Source: a virus. From it: a stretch of DNA of 64,000 bases. The translations under genes and the position numbers were made by a program. The stretch lies in the IMG/VR virus record IMGVR_UViG_3300023174_000112, positions 26,133-90,132 of that record; one strand, 5' to 3'. The notes under the pieces are model-generated. The model searched no databases. It was not told where the DNA came from and was given only the letters and a program-made list of their open reading frames with translations. Below are positions 57,743 to 64,000 of the stretch, in pieces (positions within the stretch are counted from its first letter, which is position 1; each line of letters starts with the position of its first letter).

Positions 57743-58771
57743 ATGAGTGCAATTCGAGTTATCAAAGGTGAGTATCGCAACAAACCCGTTCGCAATATCG
57801 CTTTCAATCTTGTGTCAGGTTATCAAACTGGCGCCAAAGGTAATTTTGTGACAGTAGAAAACAATGGGACATTTCCTAATTGTCCCGACACCATCCGTAT
57901 CAAAGTCAACAACATTAAAGACATCGAGTATGTCAATGGAGAAGAAGTGAGTAACAACAACACCGTGGCATTTGTTGCCCCCCAAGCAGAGACTGAAACT
58001 GAAGATCAAATTATGACTCGTATTCGCGAGCGTTTTGACATCCTGAATGAGATGACAAAGGCTTGTGTCAACGGTGACATCCGTGCTATGATTGTATCGG
58101 GTCCTCCCGGAGTGGGCAAGAGCTTTGGCGTTGAGCGCGAGATCGAAAAGGCCACACTGTTTGACAAATTAGCAGGCAAGCGCCTTCGTGCCGAAGTTGT
58201 CAAAGGTAGTGCAACACCTATTGGTTTGTATCAAACCTTGTACAAGTATTCAGATGCCAATTGTGTGTTGGTGTTTGATGACTGTGACAGCATTTTGCTC
58301 GACGACGTGGCCCTGAACTTGCTGAAGGGTGCCTTAGACAGCGGCAAGAAACGTACTATTTCATGGTTGTCAGAATCCAGTGCTCTGCGCCGTGAAGGCA
58401 TTCCTGATCGTTTCGAATTCAAAGGCAGTGTTATCTTTATCACCAACTTGAAGTTTGACACAATGAAGAGTCAAAAATTGCGTGATCACTTGGATGCATT
58501 GCAATCACGCTGTCACTATCTTGACTTGACACTGGACACCATGCGTGACAAAGTGTTGCGTATCAAACAAATTGCCAAAGACGGCGTGTTGTTTGCAGAC
58601 TATGATTTTGAAGAGTGTGTGCAAGACGAGATTGTTGAGTTCATGGAAGCCAATCAGAATCGTTTGCGTGAGATGAGCCTGCGCATGGCGCTGAAGATTG
58701 CAGACTTGCGCAAGAGCTTTTCAGGCAATTGGAAACGCATGGCAGAAACTACATGTATGAAGAGTGCCTAA
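57743..58771 (+). CDS. AAA+ family ATPase
   Basis: GPPGVGKS Walker A, VLVFDDCD Walker B, FITN sensor, ALQSR arginine finger. Confidence 0.85.
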   Translation: MSAIRVIKGEYRNKPVRNIAFNLVSGYQTGAKGNFVTVENNGTFPNCPDTIRIKVNNIKDIEYVNGEEVSNNNTVAFVAPQAETETEDQIMTRIRERFDILNEMTKACVNGDIRAMIVSGPPGVGKSFGVEREIEKATLFDKLAGKRLRAEVVKGSATPIGLYQTLYKYSDANCVLVFDDCDSILLDDVALNLLKGALDSGKKRTISWLSESSALRREGIPDRFEFKGSVIFITNLKFDTMKSQKLRDHLDALQSRCHYLDLTLDTMRDKVLRIKQIAKDGVLFADYDFEECVQDEIVEFMEANQNRLREMSLRMALKIADLRKSFSGNWKRMAETTCMKSA

Positions 58772-58772
58772 T

Positions 58773-58922
58773 ATGACAGCCTGGGACATTGTCAATCTTA
58801 TGTTTGCGTTTTTTAGTGCATACATAGCCTTGGAATGTTTCCGGTCCGGCGTAACATTTTGGGGTTGGTTTAATTTATTTGCCAGTGCCTCAAATGCGGC
58901 ATCGTTGGTTGCAAGGATCTAA
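58773..58922 (+). CDS. Small membrane protein (49 aa; not in ORF track)
   Basis: MTAWDIVNLMFAFFSAYIALECFRSGVTFWGWFNLFASASNAASLVARI. Confidence 0.55.
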   Translation: MTAWDIVNLMFAFFSAYIALECFRSGVTFWGWFNLFASASNAASLVARI

Positions 58923-58923
58923 C

Positions 58924-59013
58924 ATGGCTTGGCTTGCTGTGCTACTGTTGGTGATTGTAGGTGAGCCTTGGTTAGCATTGATGTTGGCATTTCTTATTTT
59001 GATACTTGAATAA
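58924..59013 (+). CDS. Small membrane peptide (29 aa; not in ORF track)
   Basis: MAWLAVLLLVIVGEPWLALMLAFLILILE; tight 1-nt spacing to the previous gene. Confidence 0.5.
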   Translation: MAWLAVLLLVIVGEPWLALMLAFLILILE

Positions 59014-59083
59014 GAGTTTTACCCCGGGGATTGGTTGGCTCCGCCCCGGGTTTTTACACAGGGACTTCGGTCCCTGTTTTTTT
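59014..59083 (+). ncRNA. Candidate 3'UTR-derived antisense sRNA (stem-loop plus terminator)
   Basis: cccgggg/ccccggg stem with a 14-nt loop ATTGGTTGGCTCCG complementary to the early-gene RBS GGAGCCA(A/G)C. Confidence 0.5.
59058..59083 (+). terminator. Intrinsic terminator with UUCG tetraloop
   Basis: acagggac-ttcg-gtccctgt followed by a T run. Confidence 0.9.
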
Positions 59084-59110
59084 GACTTTTGTTTTGCAAG
59101 AGTATATACT
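59082..59110 (+). promoter_or_regulatory. Sigma70-type promoter, 5 nt before ATG
   Basis: TTGACT-17 nt-TATACT-gtgtt-ATG. Confidence 0.7.
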
Positions 59111-59115
59111 GTGTT

Positions 59116-59973
59116 ATGTCTCAGCGTCTTGTAATTAAATTAGACAACAATTTTGAATTGTGTTTTAACATAAGAAGCACACCCTTGGCCGAGTTGTGGC
59201 TTGAACGTATGCATCAACGTCATGCCTGGCCCATGGACAATCCAGATCGATTCTATGGCTTTGGCACTGTTCAACAAGAACAACAACGTGCAGTTGATAT
59301 GATCCAACAATGCATTGCCACAATAAATAATCATAGACCAATTGTTGATCGTGAGTTTGAGTACACACAAGATGGTCTTAATTACTTGCACAATATATTT
59401 GAACGCTATCACGGGCTGTTGGATCAACAAACATCTGAATATTGGCACTCAGCACCTGACACAGTTAGACAAGCCTTGGCCAATTTAAACTTAGCAGTGC
59501 ATCGAGCCGAAGCCGCACAGCGTTCTCCAAGGCCAGAATTTATCTGTACTTGGTTCGGTATGCCTAAAACACAATGCTTATCCTCAGAACTACAACATCA
59601 GTATGGCGAGCCAGCAATTAAATTTGGAACAGTATATCTAAACTATTGTGAAATTGGTAAGACCGTGGAAGACTTGACCCGAGACAATGATCAGTACATA
59701 GGCGAAGAGGCATTTCGACCTTTTGGACATTACAGTGCTGATTTTTTTGTTGCATTTTATGACTTGGACTTGACATCGATGTATCCTCGTATTCAAAATT
59801 ACATTGAATCTCAACAAAACTTTTTCAACAAGTATAATATATACAATGCCTACAACATCCAAGCAAGCCCGTTGCGTTTTCCTGTGGCAGATTTAGAATG
59901 TACAACCGGTCAAGAACAATTGATAACTCAAATAAGGTCACGACAACTTGTGCGTGAAGTAACTGTACAATGA
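59116..59973 (+). CDS. Hypothetical protein
   Basis: 285 aa; LNYLHNIFE..LN..VH..E..YLNYCEIGK; ATGA overlap with uvsW. Confidence 0.75.
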   Translation: MSQRLVIKLDNNFELCFNIRSTPLAELWLERMHQRHAWPMDNPDRFYGFGTVQQEQQRAVDMIQQCIATINNHRPIVDREFEYTQDGLNYLHNIFERYHGLLDQQTSEYWHSAPDTVRQALANLNLAVHRAEAAQRSPRPEFICTWFGMPKTQCLSSELQHQYGEPAIKFGTVYLNYCEIGKTVEDLTRDNDQYIGEEAFRPFGHYSADFFVAFYDLDLTSMYPRIQNYIESQQNFFNKYNIYNAYNIQASPLRFPVADLECTTGQEQLITQIRSRQLVREVTVQ

Positions 59974-61439
59974 AACGATGCACCATACAAATACGTGACG
60001 AAGTAAACATCAAGATTGAAGGCCTGGACTTGGATGCTCGCAAGTCTTTGGTCAATGCTTTCAAATATGAAAACCCTGCGGCACGTTATCTGCCAGCGGT
60101 GAGACTGGGACGGTGGGATGGCAAGGTAGCATACTTTCAACTGGGTGGATCAACTTATGTGAACCTGTTGCCTGAGATCATGCCCATATTGGAAAAGTTT
60201 GATTATGATGTTGAGCTGGATGATCAACGCGACTACTCAAACACATTCAACTTTGAGTCAGTAACTGAAACAAGTTTTGAGCATGTGAAGTGGCCCCGGA
60301 CACACCCGGCTGCAGGCGAACCCGTCATGTTGCGTGACTATCAAGTGGAGATCATCAACAACTTTTTGGCCAATCCACAGTGCATACAAGAAGTGGCCAC
60401 TGGTGCAGGCAAGACTATTATGACTGCGGCCTTGAGCAATGCTGTTGCCCCCTATGGTCGGAGTATTGTGATTGTGCCCAACAAAAGTCTTGTGACACAG
60501 ACCGAAGCAGACTATATCAACATGCAACAAGACGTTGGTGTGTACTTTGGCGACAGAAAAGAATATGGTCGTCAGCACACAATATGCACATGGCAAAGTC
60601 TAAACAACCTGTTGAAGAACACCAAGGCAGGCATCGGCGACTGCACCATTGGTGAGTTCCTGGAGGATGTTGTGTGTGTTATTGTGGACGAAGTACACAT
60701 GGCCAAAGCAGACGCACTGAAAACACTGTTAACAGGTGTAATGGCCACAGTGCCAATTCGCTGGGGTTTGACTGGAACTGTGCCCAAAGAAAAGTTTGAA
60801 AGCCAAGCCTTGTTGGTCAGTCTTGGTCCTGTGATTGGCCGGCTCAGTGCCAGCGAACTGCAACAACAAGGTGTGCTGGCCAACTGTCATGTGAACATTG
60901 TGCAGTTGATTGATCACGTGGAGTATAAAGATTACCAAAGCGAACTTAAATACCTACTTGAAGAATCTGGACGCTTGGATACCATGGCCGATCTTGTGCG
61001 CAATGTAAATGAAACTGGCAACACCCTGGTGCTGGTGGATCGTACTGAATGCGGTAGACAACTGGTTGCACGGTTGGGTGACAAAGCAGTGTTTGTGTCG
61101 GGCGCCACCAAAGGATCAAAGCGGCAAGCAGAATATGATGAAGTGGCCGACGCAACAGACAAAATCATCGTGGCCACATATGGTGTGGCAGCGGTTGGAA
61201 TTAACATACCTCGAATATTCAACCTTGTTCTTGTGGAGCCTGGCAAAAGTTTTGTTAGAGTCATCCAGAGCATTGGCCGTGGTATTAGAAAAGCAGAAGA
61301 CAAAGATCACGTCCAAATCTGGGACATAACATCGACATGTAAATTTGCCAAGCGTCATTTGACCAAGCGCAAACAGTTCTACAAAGAAGCCAACTACCCC
61401 TTCACACAAGAAAAACTTGATTGGATGACGTTAGGTTGA
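59970..61439 (+). CDS. uvsW: SF2 DNA helicase
   Basis: LRDYQ, ATGAGKT, DEVH, GLTGT, GINIP and QSIGRGIR motifs. Confidence 0.92.
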   Translation: MKRCTIQIRDEVNIKIEGLDLDARKSLVNAFKYENPAARYLPAVRLGRWDGKVAYFQLGGSTYVNLLPEIMPILEKFDYDVELDDQRDYSNTFNFESVTETSFEHVKWPRTHPAAGEPVMLRDYQVEIINNFLANPQCIQEVATGAGKTIMTAALSNAVAPYGRSIVIVPNKSLVTQTEADYINMQQDVGVYFGDRKEYGRQHTICTWQSLNNLLKNTKAGIGDCTIGEFLEDVVCVIVDEVHMAKADALKTLLTGVMATVPIRWGLTGTVPKEKFESQALLVSLGPVIGRLSASELQQQGVLANCHVNIVQLIDHVEYKDYQSELKYLLEESGRLDTMADLVRNVNETGNTLVLVDRTECGRQLVARLGDKAVFVSGATKGSKRQAEYDEVADATDKIIVATYGVAAVGINIPRIFNLVLVEPGKSFVRVIQSIGRGIRKAEDKDHVQIWDITSTCKFAKRHLTKRKQFYKEANYPFTQEKLDWMTLG

Positions 61440-61464
61440 CATTTGTCACATAACCCTGTATTAT
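61436..61464 (+). promoter_or_regulatory. Sigma70-type promoter, 6 nt before ATG
   Basis: TTGACA-17 nt-TATTAT-aacaac-ATG. Confidence 0.65.
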
Positions 61465-61470
61465 AACAAC

Positions 61471-61971
61471 ATGCGAATACTAACACTTGACAACATCCAT
61501 TACGACCTAGATCATCTGCCCGAAGAAGTAGATGACATGCGATTTGCCATACTAGATAACTCAAACCCACAAGAGCCAGACTACCATTTTATTCCACTAA
61601 TCTTTTTAGAGAGTTTCAATGCTCCTGCACTTGTGCTACGTATTGGTGAGAACACCATAAAGATGCCCATGGATTGGCAAATACTCATAGGCGAACCCGA
61701 AATAGGTGACTTAGAAGTGTTGCCGCTGACATCCATAAACGATCGTGGCTTTAGAGTGTTTCAATTCAATCCACTCACAAGTTTTCGTCCAAGTTTTCCA
61801 GACATTGAAATATTAGATGTGTATCATGAAGTATCGTGGTATGCACCCAAATTAAAGAATGGGCAGTTACTTGCAGTGCCCTTGAACGATGATCCGGATC
61901 CTGACTGTGTGTACTTTGTCAAAGACGTCAGTCGCAACTGTGAGATAGTAGACTACAACAAAGCATGGTGA
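61471..61971 (+). CDS. Hypothetical protein
   Basis: 166-aa acidic ORF. Confidence 0.8.
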   Translation: MRILTLDNIHYDLDHLPEEVDDMRFAILDNSNPQEPDYHFIPLIFLESFNAPALVLRIGENTIKMPMDWQILIGEPEIGDLEVLPLTSINDRGFRVFQFNPLTSFRPSFPDIEILDVYHEVSWYAPKLKNGQLLAVPLNDDPDPDCVYFVKDVSRNCEIVDYNKAW

Positions 61972-61974
61972 TTT

Positions 61975-62121
61975 ATGCCTTACACTGAACCACAAATATT
62001 TGAAATCGTCAATCGCTTGGCCAAGATTTACTTGGAAAGTTACCCAGAAGATCGGGAAGGTTTGGAACGTTTCCTGCGCTGGGCACACATTCAATATGGC
62101 TACAAGTATGGGAACTCTTAA
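61975..62121 (+). CDS. Small hypothetical protein (48 aa; not in ORF track)
   Basis: MPYTEPQIFEIVNRLAKIYLESYPEDREGLERFLRWAHIQYGYKYGNS fills the gap. Confidence 0.6.
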   Translation: MPYTEPQIFEIVNRLAKIYLESYPEDREGLERFLRWAHIQYGYKYGNS

Positions 62122-62407
62122 ACCTGGTGCCACTCTCATTTACGAACGTGTGGGCAACGAAGTCTATGCCCGCGAAGCTGGTGCCGACCCCAGGACCAGA
62201 CAGCTTGTGGGCTACAGTTACGATCCTGTGACTGGGCACCAAATTGATTATACCAAACAAACATCAGATGGAGATAGATTGTTTGACCGTCTGCAGGAAG
62301 ATAAAATGTGGGGCGATATTCGGCGACTGGCCCGGACCAATCCAACTTTACAAGACGCTGTGGATCGTGTTATAATGATATACAAACTAATCAAAGTAGA
62401 CAAGTGA
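62108..62407 (+). CDS. Hypothetical protein
   Basis: MGTLKPGATLIYER..; GTGA overlap with the next gene. Confidence 0.7.
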   Translation: MGTLKPGATLIYERVGNEVYAREAGADPRTRQLVGYSYDPVTGHQIDYTKQTSDGDRLFDRLQEDKMWGDIRRLARTNPTLQDAVDRVIMIYKLIKVDK

Positions 62408-62856
62408 GCGACAAATTAAACATTGTGAATGAGATGCGACAATTGGATCGCAAAAACAGAAACTTCTATCGTGATCTCACAGACGAGGAACGCAAGAAGT
62501 TTTCAAACTACCTTATGATTCGTTGGGCGTCATGTGTAGAAGGATCTCGAGAGATGCAAGAGTTTTATTTGATCTCCACCAACGAGCGATTGAACAAACA
62601 CTTTTTCAACATCAATAAACACCCTGAATTGCAATGGTTGTGTGCTACCACAGTGAGTCCAGACATGGGCACACCCAGACACAACTGGATTTCACCCAAG
62701 AAAAAAGAAGCAGGTGCAGGGGCAAGTGCCGTCAAAAAGCAACTGGCAGAGTTGTTTCCCACATACAAAGAAGATGAAATAGCCATGCTGGCCGCAATGA
62801 CCACAAAGAAAGAACTTGATCAATACATCCGAGACCATGGCCGAGACACTAAGTGA
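62404..62856 (+). CDS. Hypothetical protein, possibly clamp-loader small subunit (gp62-like)
   Basis: KFSNYLMIRWAS..N..HPELQW..WI..KK pattern is reminiscent of gp62; not certain. Confidence 0.45.
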   Translation: MSDKLNIVNEMRQLDRKNRNFYRDLTDEERKKFSNYLMIRWASCVEGSREMQEFYLISTNERLNKHFFNINKHPELQWLCATTVSPDMGTPRHNWISPKKKEAGAGASAVKKQLAELFPTYKEDEIAMLAAMTTKKELDQYIRDHGRDTK

Positions 62857-63526
62857 ACTCACTTGCGGCTACTGCAAGAAAACATTTCGACGTGCAGAAA
62901 GTCTTGTGGTGCATTTGTGTGAACCCAAACGTCGACGTCAAGAACGGTCAGAGCGTGGAGTTGAACTGGGCTTTCAATCCTATTTGAGATTCTATGAGAT
63001 TGCACAAGGATCAGCACGACTCAAAACATTTGATGACTTTGCAGACTCACCGTACTACAAGGCCTTTGTAAAGTTTGGCAGGTACTGTGTGGCTACTCGG
63101 GCAATCAATCCCAGACAGTTTACAGAGTGGTTGCTCAAGCACAACAAAAAGATTGACAACTGGGCATCAGACAAGATCTACACAGAATACCTGTTGGATT
63201 ATTTAAAGGTGGAAGCAGTGGCAGATGCATTAGCACGAGCAGTGGAGTTTGGTATAGACTGGAGTGAAAAACATTCAGCACCTGCCCATGATTGTTTGCG
63301 TTATGGCAGCACTCATGCCATGTGCTATGCTGTGACAACAGGACGTATTAGTCCTTGGGTGATATACAACTCAGAGTCAGGACAGAAGTTTCTAGGTGAA
63401 CTCACAGCCGATCAGGTCTCAATGATATGGCCTTACATAGATTCAGACATATGGCAAAAGAAATTCTCAGATTATACTGCAGACACAGAATACGCACGAG
63501 AAATTTTACGACAAGCAGGATGGTAA
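62837..63526 (+). CDS. Hypothetical protein with N-terminal C2HC zinc finger
   Basis: CGYCKKTF..LVVHLC; GRISPW. Confidence 0.75.
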   Translation: MAETLSELTCGYCKKTFRRAESLVVHLCEPKRRRQERSERGVELGFQSYLRFYEIAQGSARLKTFDDFADSPYYKAFVKFGRYCVATRAINPRQFTEWLLKHNKKIDNWASDKIYTEYLLDYLKVEAVADALARAVEFGIDWSEKHSAPAHDCLRYGSTHAMCYAVTTGRISPWVIYNSESGQKFLGELTADQVSMIWPYIDSDIWQKKFSDYTADTEYAREILRQAGW

Positions 63527-63527
63527 C

Positions 63528-63887
63528 ATGATCAAATCAATAATGAGCATGGGCAAGTACGTCACAGTGGGCGGTGGTAACAGTGCCAGCAACTACATCA
63601 ACACCGGTGCTGGCATGATGGGCGTGGGCGACCTAAGATTCAACACCAGCACTCAACAAATTGAATTCTACAACGGCCAGAGTTGGCAAACATTTATTAT
63701 GGCACAGGCCACTGTGGGGCTTGCTGGTCATGCCGAATCAGCTATTGACTGGGCATTGAATAAAATGGAACAAGAAAAGGAAGCTCTACGCATGGCCGAA
63801 CAGTATCCGGCTGTGGCCGATGCCTTGGGTGCTGTGCGTGAAGCCGAACAGCAATTGAAAATGGTTGTGGCGCTGTGTAGAACATGA
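63528..63887 (+). CDS. Hypothetical protein
   Basis: 119-aa ORF; GDLRFNT..IEFYNGQSW motif followed by a coiled coil. Confidence 0.75.
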   Translation: MIKSIMSMGKYVTVGGGNSASNYINTGAGMMGVGDLRFNTSTQQIEFYNGQSWQTFIMAQATVGLAGHAESAIDWALNKMEQEKEALRMAEQYPAVADALGAVREAEQQLKMVVALCRT

Positions 63888-63930
63888 GTGCAGAGTATCT
63901 ATGATATTGATGTTGCTGATAAATATTATT

Positions 63931-64000
63931 ATGAATTTTATTGACAACAAATATACATTATGGTATCAACATCTTATTGCAACTAGGAAGAATCGAGTTC
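63931..64000 (+). CDS. Start of a probable HNH homing endonuclease (runs off the window)
   Basis: MNFIDNKYTLWYQHLIATRKNRV resembles the NKYxxWY..I N-terminus of phage HNH endonucleases; AT-rich; TAAATA 5 nt upstream. Confidence 0.45.
   Translation, partial: MNFIDNKYTLWYQHLIATRKNRV

Noticed and set aside
36873-61439. Introns or inteins in terL, uvsX or uvsW
   Set aside because: Lengths are ordinary, motifs are contiguous, and no intein signatures were seen.
1-64000. Stop-codon reassignment as in some large phages
   Set aside because: Core genes are full length in the standard code, and TAA, TGA and TAG all terminate genes.
1-64000. tRNA genes
   Set aside because: Intergenic gaps are short and none showed a cloverleaf or T-loop consensus by eye; tRNAscan-SE would confirm.

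Overview
This window is 64 kb of a large T4-like (contractile-tailed) dsDNA phage genome in the standard genetic code; I saw no rRNA, tRNA, CRISPR array or IS element. From left to right it holds three giant Gly/Asn/Ser/Thr-repeat tail-fibre genes (the first 5'-truncated), a NUDIX hydrolase, and neck/tail genes (gp15-, gp14-, gp13-, gp18-, gp19- and gp4-like). These are followed by putative small terminase, internal head proteins, large terminase, and replication/recombination genes (gp32, uvsX, uvsY, uvsW, dNMP kinase). Accessory enzyme genes are threaded among these core genes: six radical-SAM proteins (one B12-binding), a sulfotransferase-like protein, an SDR, an SGNH-like protein, and a ~9 kb glycosyltransferase/methyltransferase/nucleotidyltransferase cluster. 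Three regulatory or biochemical patterns stand out. (1) Five early genes share one sigma70 promoter repeat and a GGAGCC-containing ribosome-binding site, and a non-coding hairpin at 59021-59083 exposes a loop complementary to that site, a candidate phage antisense sRNA for early-gene shut-off. (2) At least 16 genes appear leaderless, with a TAAATA/TAAGTA late box or a sigma70 -10 only 4-7 nt before the ATG. (3) The radical-SAM and glycan enzymes, several with late promoters, sit alongside sequon-rich fibres, suggesting a virion glycosylation/tailoring pathway. All product calls come from motif recognition by eye; no database search was run.
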